Shown in pieces: positions 41,591 to 51,803 of a DNA stretch of 64,000 nt. Source of the stretch: Terriglobia bacterium (GTDB lineage Bacteria; Acidobacteriota; Terriglobia; 20CM-2-55-15). Numbering within the stretch: position 1 is the first letter of the stretch; each line of letters begins with the position of its first letter. Below the pieces are notes generated by a model, which made no database searches, was not told where the DNA came from, and was given only the letters and a program-made list of their open reading frames with translations. Position numbers and translations under genes: made by a program. Where the stretch lies: positions 96,001-160,000 of the forward strand of contig CBDAOY010000006.1 of the NCBI GenBank assembly GCA_965198225.1, written 5' to 3'.

Positions 41591-42422
41591 CCCAGTGATC
41601 GCCGCTCTCGAGCAGTCCGGCAACGAAACGGGTGTGGAGGGCATGGCCTGCGCGGTTGGCGACCAATCGCCCCAGTACCGGCTGTCCGATGAGGGCGAAG
41701 TCGCCAAGCAGGTCGAGGATCTTGTGACGGACGAACTCGTCGGCGAAACGGAGCGGCGTCTCGTTGAGCATGCCGGTCTCGGTCAGGACGATGGCGTTTT
41801 CGAGCGAACCTCCCCGGATGAGGCCGCTGCTCTGAAGCGCTTCGATATCTTTCGAAAAGCCGAACGTCCGGGCCGGCGCGATCGAAGCCGCGTATCCTTC
41901 GTCGGTACAATCCACCGACAGGCTCTGTGGCCCGACGAAGGGATGCGGAAAATCGATCGCGTATTCAACGCCGAAACAGTCGTGCGGGTAGATGCCGAGC
42001 GACTTGCCGTCTTCCTCGACGACGAAAGGCTCCGTGATGCGCATGTACTCACGAGGCCGTTCCTGGGTGACCAGACCGACCTCATCGATCGCGTCCGTGA
42101 ACGGCCGGGCGCTTCCGTCCAGGATCGGGACTTCGAGGTTGTCCATCTCGACATACGCGTTGTCCACGCCGAAGCCATACAGGGCCGAGAGGATGTGTTC
42201 GACGGTCGAGATCCACACACCGCCCTTCATCAAGGTCGTGGCGTAGGCGACCCGGGCAACCGAGGTAACATCGGCGGGGATTTCGAAATTGTCGAGATCG
42301 ACGCGGCGGAAAACGATACCCTTGCCTTCCGGAGCCGGGACGATCCGCATGAACACCGGCTCGCCCGTGTGGAGGCCGACACCGGTGAAGGAAATAGCGT
42401 CGGCTAGCGTTCGCTCATACAT
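41544..42422 (-). CDS. lpxC: UDP-3-O-acyl-N-acetylglucosamine deacetylase
   Basis: GVGLHTG, TVEH, EVPILDGS, ARTFGF, RHKILDLLGD, GH. Confidence 0.97.
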   Translation of the reverse strand: MYERTLADAISFTGVGLHTGEPVFMRIVPAPEGKGIVFRRVDLDNFEIPADVTSVARVAYATTLMKGGVWISTVEHILSALYGFGVDNAYVEMDNLEVPILDGSARPFTDAIDEVGLVTQERPREYMRITEPFVVEEDGKSLGIYPHDCFGVEYAIDFPHPFVGPQSLSVDCTDEGYAASIAPARTFGFSKDIEALQSSGLIRGGSLENAIVLTETGMLNETPLRFADEFVRHKILDLLGDFALIGQPVLGRLVANRAGHALHTRFVAGLLESGDHWVSETREVQSAPAASS

Positions 42423-42535
42423 CAATATCAGTCTATGGCAATTGACCTTCCCAAAGTGTCTGATTGTGAATTGAACGACTTAAGGATCCGAAGAAGATCG
42501 AAAGTGTGGACTCCTGTGCACACCTGTTCACATCC

Positions 42536-45019
42536 ATGATCAAACAGCCGCTGTTTCTCATCATCGACGCAATGTCGCAGGTGTTCCGCGCCTACTACGC
42601 GATCCGGGGGCTCGCGAGCAGCCAGGGAGTACCGACGAACGCGACCTACGGCTTCGCGCTGATGCTGAATCGCGTGCTGGAAAAGTTTCCGCCCGAATAC
42701 ATCGCAATGGTGTTCGACAGCGCCGAGCCGACAGCCCGACACATCCAGTACCCCTTGTACAAGGCGACCCGCGCGAAGATGCCGACCGACCTCGGCCAGC
42801 AGATCCCCTACATCAAGCGGTTCTGCGCCGCCATGCAGGTTCCGATGATCGAAGTCCCGGGCCAGGAAGCCGACGACGTGATCGGAACCATCGCACGCCG
42901 AGCGCGGGAGGACGACCTGTATCCGGTCATCGTGACGATAGACAAGGACCTGATGCAGCTCGTCGGCGAGATTCTCGTCCTCAACACTTCGCGCGACGAC
43001 ATGTTGATCGGTCCCGACCAGGTCGAGGAACTGTTCGGTGTCACTCCCGAGCAGATCCCGGACCTTCTGGGGCTCTGGGGCGATACGTCCGACAACGTTC
43101 CCGGCGCGCCGGGTATCGGAGAGAAGGGAGCGAAGGCGTTGATCCAGCGCTTCGGGTCCCTCGAAGCATGCCTCGAGCACGCGGACGAGGTCACGAGCAA
43201 GAGACAGAGGGAATCGCTCAAGGAAAACCGGGAGCAGATACTGATGAGCAAACAGCTCGTCACGATAGACACGAACGTCCAGGTCGACCTGAACTGGGCG
43301 GAGTTTGAAGCGAAGCCGGCGGACCGCGACGCTCTGGTGCCGTTGTTACGCGAACTGGAGTTCAGCGGCATGCTGAAGGAACAGCTTCAATCGGTACACG
43401 AATCCGCTCCCGTGGAGGTGATCGAAACCAGCGAAGCGCCCGACATCGAAGGCTACTTCGCATTCGAGCTGGCCGATGATCGGGTATCGGTCTGGGACGG
43501 AAAGGGGTCGGTGTACAACCTGCCCATCGCCTCCGCCGCGTCCTTGCTCTCGAACCCCGATATCCGCAAAGTCACCCACAACGTCAAGACGGCTCTGCTC
43601 CGGTTGCGAAGACGCGGGATAGACCTCGCTCCGCCCTACGACGACCCGATGCTGATGGCCTACCTGCTGATGCCGAACCGGGGCCGGTACGGCATCGAAG
43701 ACCTGACGACGGAGCTGTTCGGCGAGGCGTCCGGCGGCGGTGTCGAGTGGATACACCGGATCTCCGAAGAACTGCGACCGAAAGTGGAGCATGAGGTCGA
43801 AACCGTCTACACGGATATCGAGATGCCGCTCGTCGGCGTCCTCGCCGGTATCGAATGGGACGGCATCCTGCTGGACGTGCCGGTACTGGAGTCGATGTCC
43901 GGCGACATGACGGAGCAACAGGAGAAGCTGCGGGCGCGCATCTACGAGCTGGCCGATTGCGAATTCAACATCAATTCACCGAAACAACTGGGCGAAGTCC
44001 TGTTCGAAAAACTCAACTTGCCCCGCTCCCGGAAGTTGCGGAAGTCCGGGCAATATTCGACTGCGGTGGAGGTGTTGGAAGAGCTTGCCGAATCCCATGA
44101 GCTGCCGCGCATGGTGCTCGACTATCGCCAGCTTTCGAAGTTCAAATCCACCTATGTCGACGTCCTGCCGAAGCTGATCGACCCGAAAACGAAGCGCCTG
44201 CATACATCGTTCAACCAGGCCGGGGCAGCAACCGGCCGTGTTTCGAGCAGCAACCCGAACCTGCAGAACATCCCGATCCGAACGGAAATGGGGCGGGAAA
44301 TCCGGAGCGCTTTCGTCCCACGCGACCATACGACGATGCTTTCGGCCGACTACTCGCAGGTGGAACTGCGGATCCTCGCCCATATGTCCGGGGACGCCGG
44401 CTTGATCGATGCGTTCACGAATGACGCGGACATTCACCGCAGTACGGCCGCCGAGGTTCTGGGCGTGCCTGCCGAAGAGGTGGACTCGGAACAGCGCGGA
44501 CGCGCAAAGGCCGTCAACTTCGGGATCGTCTACGGGCTGACGCCCTTTGGACTCGCCCAACAACTGGGCATCGGCCGCGACGAGGCCGGGGAGTTCATCG
44601 ACCGCTACTTCAATCGTTACCCGGGCGTGCGGGACTACATCGAAAACTCCCTGGTCGAAGCCCGCGAAACGGGAATCACACGGACGCTGTTCGGCCGCCA
44701 CCGGCAGATTCCGGAGATTAATTCCCGCAACGGAATGCGCCGGAGTATGGCCGAACGGATGGCAATCAACGCTCCGCTGCAGGGCACGGCCGCCGACATC
44801 ATCAAACTGGCCATGATCCGGATCGCCGACGAGCTTCGGGAGCGGAAGATCGAGACCCGGATGGTCCTGCAGATACACGACGAGTTGCTCTTCGAGGTTC
44901 CCGCGAGCGAGATGGATGTTATCGACCTGGTCCGCGATTGGATGTCCGGCGTTGCGGAACTCAAGGTGCCCCTCGTGGTGGACACGAAGACCGGCCCCAA
45001 CTGGAAGGATCTGAAGTGA
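42536..45019 (+). CDS. polA: DNA polymerase I
   Basis: 5'-3' exonuclease (EADDVIG, GDTSDNVPG); polymerase motifs ADYSQVELR, KAVNFGIVYG, QIHDEL. Confidence 0.97.
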   Translation: MIKQPLFLIIDAMSQVFRAYYAIRGLASSQGVPTNATYGFALMLNRVLEKFPPEYIAMVFDSAEPTARHIQYPLYKATRAKMPTDLGQQIPYIKRFCAAMQVPMIEVPGQEADDVIGTIARRAREDDLYPVIVTIDKDLMQLVGEILVLNTSRDDMLIGPDQVEELFGVTPEQIPDLLGLWGDTSDNVPGAPGIGEKGAKALIQRFGSLEACLEHADEVTSKRQRESLKENREQILMSKQLVTIDTNVQVDLNWAEFEAKPADRDALVPLLRELEFSGMLKEQLQSVHESAPVEVIETSEAPDIEGYFAFELADDRVSVWDGKGSVYNLPIASAASLLSNPDIRKVTHNVKTALLRLRRRGIDLAPPYDDPMLMAYLLMPNRGRYGIEDLTTELFGEASGGGVEWIHRISEELRPKVEHEVETVYTDIEMPLVGVLAGIEWDGILLDVPVLESMSGDMTEQQEKLRARIYELADCEFNINSPKQLGEVLFEKLNLPRSRKLRKSGQYSTAVEVLEELAESHELPRMVLDYRQLSKFKSTYVDVLPKLIDPKTKRLHTSFNQAGAATGRVSSSNPNLQNIPIRTEMGREIRSAFVPRDHTTMLSADYSQVELRILAHMSGDAGLIDAFTNDADIHRSTAAEVLGVPAEEVDSEQRGRAKAVNFGIVYGLTPFGLAQQLGIGRDEAGEFIDRYFNRYPGVRDYIENSLVEARETGITRTLFGRHRQIPEINSRNGMRRSMAERMAINAPLQGTAADIIKLAMIRIADELRERKIETRMVLQIHDELLFEVPASEMDVIDLVRDWMSGVAELKVPLVVDTKTGPNWKDLK

Positions 45020-45074
45020 AGTGTTCCTGCCCGTTTTCCCTTGAGCATCAAGCGGCGACAAAGGACTCCAGTAA

Positions 45075-45128
45075 ATGAAAATGAATCTCATTTTCATCTT
45101 GACGACAGAGTGACTCGGTTCCCATAAT
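45075..45128 (+). promoter_or_regulatory. Fur-like box next to a sigma70 promoter
   Basis: Perfect inverted repeat ATGAAAATGA-ATC-TCATTTTCAT (45075-45097), then TTGACG-N18-CATAAT. Confidence 0.75.
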
Positions 45129-45189
45129 TCGTTCCGCAAGAGACTGCACTCGTCTTCGGTCGAGGCACCGACCTTGCTTCGATTCCGAA

Positions 45190-45618
45190 ATGCAGGGAAA
45201 ATCCATCACAGCCATCCGCCGTTTCGCTCTGAGCATCTTCCTGATCGGTGCGATCGGGTCCGGGACGGAGCTGTTGCTGCTGGGGCACACCGAAAACATC
45301 TGGCAACTCATTCCCCTGTTGCTGATTGGGACGAGCCTGGTCGTCCTCAGCCTGTGGGCCCGTTGGCATACCCGCGCCGGCCTGCGCGCATTTCAAGGCA
45401 CGATGATGCTGTTCATCGTCTCTGGACTGGTTGGACTGTTGCTGCACTACCGCAGCAACGCGGAATTCGAGTTGGAGGTGTATCCGGCAATCGGCGGGAT
45501 GGAGCTTTTCTGGGCCTCGCTCACCGGGGCCATGCCCGTCCTGGCTCCCGGAACGATGGCCTACCTCGGCCTGCTGGGTTTGCTCTTCACGTACCAGCAT
45601 CCAGTTTTCGCCAACTGA
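45190..45618 (+). CDS. Hypothetical 4-TM membrane protein
   Basis: Four hydrophobic segments; ELLLLGHTE and LHYRSNAEFELE motifs. Confidence 0.75.
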   Translation: MQGKSITAIRRFALSIFLIGAIGSGTELLLLGHTENIWQLIPLLLIGTSLVVLSLWARWHTRAGLRAFQGTMMLFIVSGLVGLLLHYRSNAEFELEVYPAIGGMELFWASLTGAMPVLAPGTMAYLGLLGLLFTYQHPVFAN

Positions 45619-45649
45619 CGATGAAGTCCTGAATCCTAGGAGGAAAACC

Positions 45650-46291
45650 ATGATACCGAAGACCGCCGTCTGCGCCATTGTCGCTCTCGTCCTGATCGCC
45701 GGAATCGCCGTCGACTCCGCAGCCCAGGTCGGCAAAAACATGGGCGTCGTCAACCCGAACACCGCGGGCGAGAGCCAGCTGCGGGCGTTACCGCATGTGA
45801 CCTCCGGTATCGTCAATGGAATTATCGAACGCCGGCCCTTCTTGAGCCTGACGGAGTTCAACGCATTTCTCCGGCAATCGCTCGGTGAGGAAGCGGCCGC
45901 CGAACTGCGGGCAAGGCTATTCCTGCCGATCAATCTGAACACCGCGAGCCGGGAGGAGATCCTGCTGGTCACCGGCGTCGGCCCCCGCATGGCCCACGAG
46001 TTCGAGGAATACCGGCCGTACCGGGCCCTGGCGCAGTTCCGGCGGGAGATCGGCAAGTATGTCGATGACGAGGAGGTCGCCCGGCTCGAGCAGCACGTCT
46101 TTGTCCCGATCGATCTGAACGCCGCCAGCGACGAGCACATTCTATCCATCCCAGGTCTCGGAATCCGGATGCTTCACGAGTTCAAGGAGTATCGGCCCTA
46201 CCGGGCCATGGCTCAATTTCGGCGGGAGATCGGCAAGTACGTCGACGACAAGGAGGTCGCCCGCCTCGAGCGGTATGTGACTCTGAACTGA
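45650..46291 (+). CDS. Secreted helix-hairpin-helix repeat protein (three ComEA-like modules)
   Basis: AGGAGG RBS, signal peptide, INLNTAS...GVG and IDLNAAS...PGLG 60-aa repeats. Confidence 0.8.
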   Translation: MIPKTAVCAIVALVLIAGIAVDSAAQVGKNMGVVNPNTAGESQLRALPHVTSGIVNGIIERRPFLSLTEFNAFLRQSLGEEAAAELRARLFLPINLNTASREEILLVTGVGPRMAHEFEEYRPYRALAQFRREIGKYVDDEEVARLEQHVFVPIDLNAASDEHILSIPGLGIRMLHEFKEYRPYRAMAQFRREIGKYVDDKEVARLERYVTLN

Positions 46292-46325
46292 GGTGTACGG
46301 CGTTCCCAGCCGCCCGAACGCCAAG

Positions 46326-46355
46326 TTGACGCAGTCGTTTCGGTGGCCGTAGAAT
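46326..46355 (+). promoter_or_regulatory. Sigma70 promoter of tRNA-Val
   Basis: TTGACG-N18-TAGAAT. Confidence 0.6.
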
Positions 46356-46376
46356 CGAAGAACGTGATGCCCCGCA

Positions 46377-46450
46377 GGGCGCGTAGCTCAGTTGGAACGA
46401 GCGCTACCTTGACACGGTAGAGGTCATCGGTTCGAGCCCGGTCGCGCCCA
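46377..46450 (+). tRNA. tRNA-Val(GAC), CCA not encoded
   Basis: Acceptor GGGCGCG/CGCGCCC-A, D-arm TAGCTCAGTTGG, anticodon arm CTACC-TTGACAC-GGTAG, T-loop GGTTCGAG. Confidence 0.96.
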
Positions 46451-46452
46451 TT

Positions 46453-47043
46453 TTATTTTTCAACAGGTTGCAGGCTGGCAGGTTGTTCAGAAGGCTGGTT
46501 TGTGACGTGGATTGTGTCGTAACCCTGCTCTGTGGGCTGTTTTCGGAACTCCTCATCATCCTTCGGCTTGGTTCCAAGCACGTCTACCGCTCCCCTCTTC
46601 GCGTTCATTCGGATGTGGCTGTAGTGCTCCAGCATTCGTTGTGAGACGTGCCCAGCGAGTCCCATGATAATTAGATCGGGCAACCCCGATTCGGCGAGTG
46701 TGGTAATTGCAGCATGCCGTAGGTCGTGGAACCTGAGACCAGCTAATCCGGCTTCCTTGGTCAGCCGACGCCAAGAGGTGCGCCAGGACTTCTGAGGCTG
46801 GGCGGGATCGACGTTGCCATTCTCACAACTAAAAAATACGTAGCAGTCGGGGCCTGTGGCGACCACGTCATCGTCAGCCAGGACCAGCGCCCGGTCACGC
46901 ATTGCCATCAGTGCACAGAAGGCGTCATCGTTCAGAGGAATTGTCCGTTGGCCTGCCGAGGTCTTGCTACGCTGGACGACTACCAGTCGGCCGAGCAAAT
47001 CCATATCAGCCCACTGAAGCCCCTTGATTTCACAACGTCGCAT
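46453..47043 (-). pseudogene. Tyrosine integrase, C-terminal catalytic fragment
   Basis: MRRCEI (GMRxGE-like), SKT, RFHDLRH, AGH...HY; N-terminal domains absent. Confidence 0.85.
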
Positions 47044-47281
47044 GGTAACCGCCTGAACTCAAAGCTCGCCTGGACAGCGAAGAGAATCTGGGGTCCAGCG
47101 ACTCGATCGATCTCGACGAGCAGTAGTTGCTCGGGTCGGCTGAGCAGGGCAGCGACGATGACTCCAACCTATGCTCCTGGTCCCCGCCTCCTTCGTTGAC
47201 CCCAAATCCTTCCTACCGTACTATTTACGCAAGTTTTCCCAACACAAGGCGACGGACCGCCATCGAGGCACCGCGCAGCCT

Positions 47282-47545
47282 ATGGCTCTCACGGCAGGAA
47301 CGCGACTCGGCCCCTACGAAATCGCCGACCAGTTAGGCGCAGGTGGTATGGGAGAGGTGTATCGCGCCACCGACACTCGACTCGATCGCACGGTTGCCAT
47401 CAAAGTCCTTCCCGAACACTTAGCCTCGGACCCCCAGCGCCGGGAACGCTTCGAGCGAGAGGCCCGTGCTGTCAGCAGCCTGAACCACCCGCACATCTGC
47501 ACGCTCCACGACATCGGTGAACAGGACGGCATTCGTCACCTAGTC
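47282..47545 (+). pseudogene. Ser/Thr protein kinase, N-lobe fragment
   Basis: [14 protein letters not shown]...GAGGMGEVY...VAIKVL...HPHIC; breaks off before HRD/DFG. Confidence 0.88.
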
Positions 47546-47567
47546 TTAGTGGGAAGCCAGCCTGTCC

Positions 47568-48271
47568 TTGAAGGTTGCCCGGGCGGTCGTCCCTCAATCC
47601 GCCCAGGACAGACCCACTGACGCGAGCATCAAAACGGAAGTTGAACAGCGCCTGGCCAAGAAGGGTCTGAGTGAAGGCAACAGCATCGAGATCGTCGTCG
47701 ACGACCACATGATCTCCCTCGAGGGCTTCGTTCAGAGCCTCGAGCAGAAGCAACAGGCCACAAAGGTCGCCATGAAAGCCAAGGGCGCCTCCCATGTGAT
47801 GAATCATCTGGCGGTGGCTCGTGGAAGAGCGACATTGCGGAGGAAGCTGCGCGAAAGATACGCACCCATGCCTTCTACGACATCTACGACTGGATCGAGA
47901 TTCGCGTCGAAGACGGCGTGGTGAGCCTCGAGGGATGGGTTCGAGAACCCTGGAGGAGGAGAGACTACGAAAAGCGAGTCGAGGAAGTGGTGGGCGTGAC
48001 CAGCATCGGCAACAACATCGATGTCCTGCCGACCTCCCTGTATGATGACGAGCTGCGCATCGCCGCTACTCAGCGGATCTACGGCGACTCGAGCTTTGTG
48101 AGATACGCTTCTCGACGGTTTCCGCCGATTCACATCATCGTCAAGAACGGCACGATAACGCTGGAAGGATTCGTGGGCACAAAGGTGGAGCAGCGGCTGG
48201 CCCGCACTGTGCTCTCGGGCCTCAATAGCCTGAGCGTGGTCAACAACCTGAAACTCGACGAGGCCGGATAA
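47568..48271 (+). pseudogene. BON-domain protein, frameshifted paralog of 52999-53733
   Basis: Two ORFs align end to end with the intact paralog; about 10-nt deletion at 47826-47833; no signal peptide. Confidence 0.85.
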
Positions 48272-48279
48272 CCCTCTTT

Positions 48280-48327
48280 GATCGGGGTATGGAGCCCTAC
48301 CCCTGAGGGGTCGGGCTCCTACCGATC
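48280..48327. terminator. Hairpin after the BON pseudogene
   Basis: GATCGG...GGAGCCC-T-ACCCC-TGA-GGGGT-C-GGGCTCC...CCGATC. Confidence 0.45.
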
Positions 48328-48486
48328 CCAAAACTCTGGTGACGAAGACACGGTTGACGCCTCACAGGATGTCGCTAGTTTCTCGTTAATTTTCCCGCGG
48401 CTCCACGGTCCCGACCCGAGATATGATCATCGAGCCTGTTAGGCCCTGTCGACGTCGAATCCCACGTTGAAGGAGAAAAGGGGGGA

Positions 48487-49314
48487 GTGAAAACCCTGTC
48501 CAGAGTCACGCTTTGGGTCGCGATGTTCGCCCTCTTCCCGGCGGCGTCAACGCGTGTCGTCGCTGGAGGGCCCTCGCAGGGCCTGGATCCTGCAAATGAC
48601 CTCGTGCCCGTCATCGTGGAGCTGTTTACGTCAGAGGGTTGCTCCAGTTGCCCTCCGGCGGATCGATTGCTTCGAGAGTTGCACGAGACGCAGCCCGTCG
48701 AAGGCGCGGACGTCATTGCGCTTGGAGAACACGTCGACTACTGGGATTACCTCGGCTGGAAAGATCGCTTCTCCTCGTCGGGGTTCAGCGAGCGTCAACG
48801 GGAGTACGCCGAAGCCTGGGGCACGAATCGGATCTATACCCCGCAGATGATCGTCGACGGTCGCACCGAGTTCGTCGGAGGACGGAAGGATCGTGCGACC
48901 GAGGCGATTAGACAGGGCGCTCGGATGCCGAAAGCCCCTGTTCGAATCCACTATCTCAGGTCCTGGGCCGACCAAGACAGGCAGAATATTCGACTGCAGG
49001 CGTGGATCGGCCAACTGCCCACTTCCGGTGAATCCACCCTGGACGTGTATCTGGCCCTGACGGAGAGCCGCCTCCAGTCGGCCGTGCGAGCCGGCGAGAA
49101 TGCGGGCCGTGTGCTGAGACATGCCCCGGTTGTTCGCAGGCTCGAAGTCATCGGCACCGTCGATGGACGGGGTCCGGTGAGCGTCGAATCAACCGTGGTC
49201 ATCGAGCCGGACTGGCAATCGGAAAACCTTCGAGTCGCCGTTTTCGTTCAAGAGCGTGAGAGTCGGCAAGTCGTGGCGGCAGGAGCGACCGCACCGGGTC
49301 AGCTATTGAAGTAG
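48487..49314 (+). CDS. DUF1223 family secreted thioredoxin-like protein
   Basis: VELFTSEGCSSCPPAD, HVDYWDYLGWKD, YTPQ, GENAG. Confidence 0.92.
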   Translation: MKTLSRVTLWVAMFALFPAASTRVVAGGPSQGLDPANDLVPVIVELFTSEGCSSCPPADRLLRELHETQPVEGADVIALGEHVDYWDYLGWKDRFSSSGFSERQREYAEAWGTNRIYTPQMIVDGRTEFVGGRKDRATEAIRQGARMPKAPVRIHYLRSWADQDRQNIRLQAWIGQLPTSGESTLDVYLALTESRLQSAVRAGENAGRVLRHAPVVRRLEVIGTVDGRGPVSVESTVVIEPDWQSENLRVAVFVQERESRQVVAAGATAPGQLLK

Positions 49315-49344
49315 ATCTCGGATTGAGTCGCCAAGGCGCTTCGG

Positions 49345-50880
49345 TTACCGGGTCCAGGCCAACCAGCGAGAGAAGACCTTCTTGACCGTCGGCGTGAGGC
49401 GCGTCCGGTTGTAGGCATCTCCGAGCTGGCGGATCGCTTCCGCCTGAGTCGGGTAGGGATGGATCACGCCGGCGACACTGCCCAGGCCGATTTTGCCCAC
49501 CATGGCCAACGTGATCTCACTGATCATCTCGCCGGCGTGCCGCGCCACGATGGTGCCTCCCAGAATCTGGTCCGTGCCCTTCTTCACATGGATCTTGACG
49601 AAGCCATCATCCTCTGATTCGGTTATGGCGCGATCGACTTCCTTCATGGGTCTCACGAACGTGTCTAGGGCGATACCCTTGGCTTCGGCGTCCCGTTCAT
49701 ACATTCCTACATGAGCGATTTCGGGGTCTGTGTAGGTACACCAGGGAATCGTCAGTGTGCTTGCCTTCTTCCGGCCGAAAAAGAGTGCGTTCTGGATGAC
49801 GATCCGTGCCAGGGCGTCGGCGGTGTGAGTGAACTTGTAAGCGGAGCAGATGTCTCCGGCGGCAAAGATGCGGGGGTTGGATGTCTGTAGACGGTCGTTG
49901 ACCTCGACGCCCTTCCTTTCGTCGTACTTCACTCCAACCGCCTCCAGATCGAGTCCGCCCACGTTCGGGGCTCGGCCAACACCGACCAGGATCTCGTCTA
50001 CATGCAGGTTTCTGCTCTCTCCGCCGCATTCCAACTGGATGACCTTGTCGCCGTTTCGCTGTTCCACCTTCAGGATCTTGCAGCCGAGCACCAGGTTCAC
50101 TCCGTCGCGAAGAATCGAACGTTGCAGAACCTCGGCCGCATCCTGATCCTCTCGCATCAGGATGTGAGACTTCGTCTCCAGTAGAGAAACCTCCGAGCCG
50201 AAGCGGCGGAACGCCTGGGACAGCTCACAGCCGATGGGGCCGGCGCCGATTACCGCCAGGCGTCTGGGCAGTCTGGTAAGCGAAAAGACCGTCTCGTTGG
50301 TCAGGTATCCGGTTTCCGCCAGGCCGGGAATCGGCGGCGCTGCGGCCCGGGCGCCCGTCGCCAGCACGGCCTTCTTGAAGCGCAACGTCCGGCCTCCCGC
50401 CTCTATCGTGTCCGGCCCGTTGAAGCGACCTTCGCCCAGGAACACATCGACTCCCAACTGCTGGAAGCGGCGGGCGGAATCGTTGTGGCTGATCCTCGAG
50501 CGCAGGCGCCTCATCCGCTCCATGACAGCCGGGAAATCCACTTCGACTGCCTCACCGACACGGACTCCGAACTCGTGTGCGTCGCGGACGTCCGCAAATG
50601 CTCGAGCGGCGCGAATCAGGCACTTGGAGGGAACGCACCCCACATTCAAACAATCTCCTCCCAAAAGGCCTCTTTCGATCAGAGCAACCCTCGCTCCAAC
50701 TCCCGCCGCACCGGCTGCTGAGACCAAGCCCGCGGTGCCGGCTCCGATCACGACGAGATTGTAGCGAGGAGCAGGTTCCGGATTGACCCAATCGGCGGGG
50801 TGGACGTTGGCAACCAGAGCCTGGTTGTGCTCATCCATCGGGGGTACGGTCACAGTCGTCTCGAGGGCCGTCCGGCTCAT
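49345..50880 (-). CDS. Flavin disulfide oxidoreductase (MerA/E3-like, no C-terminal Cys pair)
   Basis: GAGTAG, GGDCLNVGCVPSK, GAGPIG, HPYPTQAE. Confidence 0.88.
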   Translation of the reverse strand: MSRTALETTVTVPPMDEHNQALVANVHPADWVNPEPAPRYNLVVIGAGTAGLVSAAGAAGVGARVALIERGLLGGDCLNVGCVPSKCLIRAARAFADVRDAHEFGVRVGEAVEVDFPAVMERMRRLRSRISHNDSARRFQQLGVDVFLGEGRFNGPDTIEAGGRTLRFKKAVLATGARAAAPPIPGLAETGYLTNETVFSLTRLPRRLAVIGAGPIGCELSQAFRRFGSEVSLLETKSHILMREDQDAAEVLQRSILRDGVNLVLGCKILKVEQRNGDKVIQLECGGESRNLHVDEILVGVGRAPNVGGLDLEAVGVKYDERKGVEVNDRLQTSNPRIFAAGDICSAYKFTHTADALARIVIQNALFFGRKKASTLTIPWCTYTDPEIAHVGMYERDAEAKGIALDTFVRPMKEVDRAITESEDDGFVKIHVKKGTDQILGGTIVARHAGEMISEITLAMVGKIGLGSVAGVIHPYPTQAEAIRQLGDAYNRTRLTPTVKKVFSRWLAWTR

Positions 50881-50892
50881 TTCAGTTTCTCC

Positions 50893-51594
50893 TTAGGAAA
50901 CCTTCTTGTCCAACGCCTTGCGGGCAATTTTGGTTACAAAAACAGTCACGGTGACCGTCGCGAGCAAACCTAAGACATAGAGGGCCCACTGCGCCGGCGT
51001 TCGCGATTGACCCTCCATCCCCAGAGTGGCCAGGTCTCCCGCCAGAGAGCCGATGTAGACGTACATGACTGTTCCGGGCATCATCCCGATCCAGGAGGCC
51101 AAAAAAAAGTGCCTCAAGGAAACTCGGGTTACTCCCAGCGAATAATTCAGAAGATTAAAGGGAAAAACGGGAGAAAGCCGAAGCAACCCTACAATCTTCC
51201 ATCCCTCTTTGGCCACCGCTTCGTCGATCGCAGTGAACCTCTGGTTGCTCTCGATCTTCTTCGCAACCCACCCGCGCGCCAGGTAGCGTCCGATGAGAAA
51301 AGCCAGAGTGGCTCCCAGCGTGGAAGCGATCGAAACGTAGATCGAACCGCGCACGACTCCGAAGACAAAGCCGGCTCCGAGGGTGAGGATCAAACCCGGG
51401 AGGAAGAGGACCGTAGCCAGGATGTAAAGCCCGATGAAAGCGACGACTCCCAGAGGTCCGAGGCCGGCGATCGAGACCAGCAGGCCACGAAGGACTTCCT
51501 GCAGGTTGAAATACCTGGCCACCGCCACAACGATAGCGATCGCCACACCCCACAAAGCCAGCTTGGGGTTCAAGGTCGGGAGTCTAAAGGCCAT
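50893..51594 (-). CDS. TVP38/TMEM64 (DedA/VTT) membrane protein
   Basis: LTLGAGFVFG, LRLSPVFPFNLLNY, GMMPGT. Confidence 0.92.
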   Translation of the reverse strand: MAFRLPTLNPKLALWGVAIAIVVAVARYFNLQEVLRGLLVSIAGLGPLGVVAFIGLYILATVLFLPGLILTLGAGFVFGVVRGSIYVSIASTLGATLAFLIGRYLARGWVAKKIESNQRFTAIDEAVAKEGWKIVGLLRLSPVFPFNLLNYSLGVTRVSLRHFFLASWIGMMPGTVMYVYIGSLAGDLATLGMEGQSRTPAQWALYVLGLLATVTVTVFVTKIARKALDKKVS

Positions 51595-51803
51595 GACGTG
51601 ATCTCAACTTGAGTCTGAGGGTTCAAATAGCGTTGTCATGATACGGGAACAGCGTCGGCAAAGGAACGACCTGAGAGCTTCGGAATTCGAGCAACTCCGT
51701 GATCGCTCGGCCGGCTGGCCGGCTTTGGGTGCACCCGTGGCCCACGCGAGGCCATTTTGAGTCTCGAGCCAGGTCTGATCGATGCAGTTTCGGACACTGC
51801 TGG

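Noticed and set aside
45650-46291. Calling the HhH protein comEA
   Set aside because: Three modules, acidic composition, Fur-like box and no comEC nearby; symbol withheld.
49345-50880. Mercuric reductase merA
   Set aside because: No C-terminal Cys-Cys, no NmerA domain and no mer operon.
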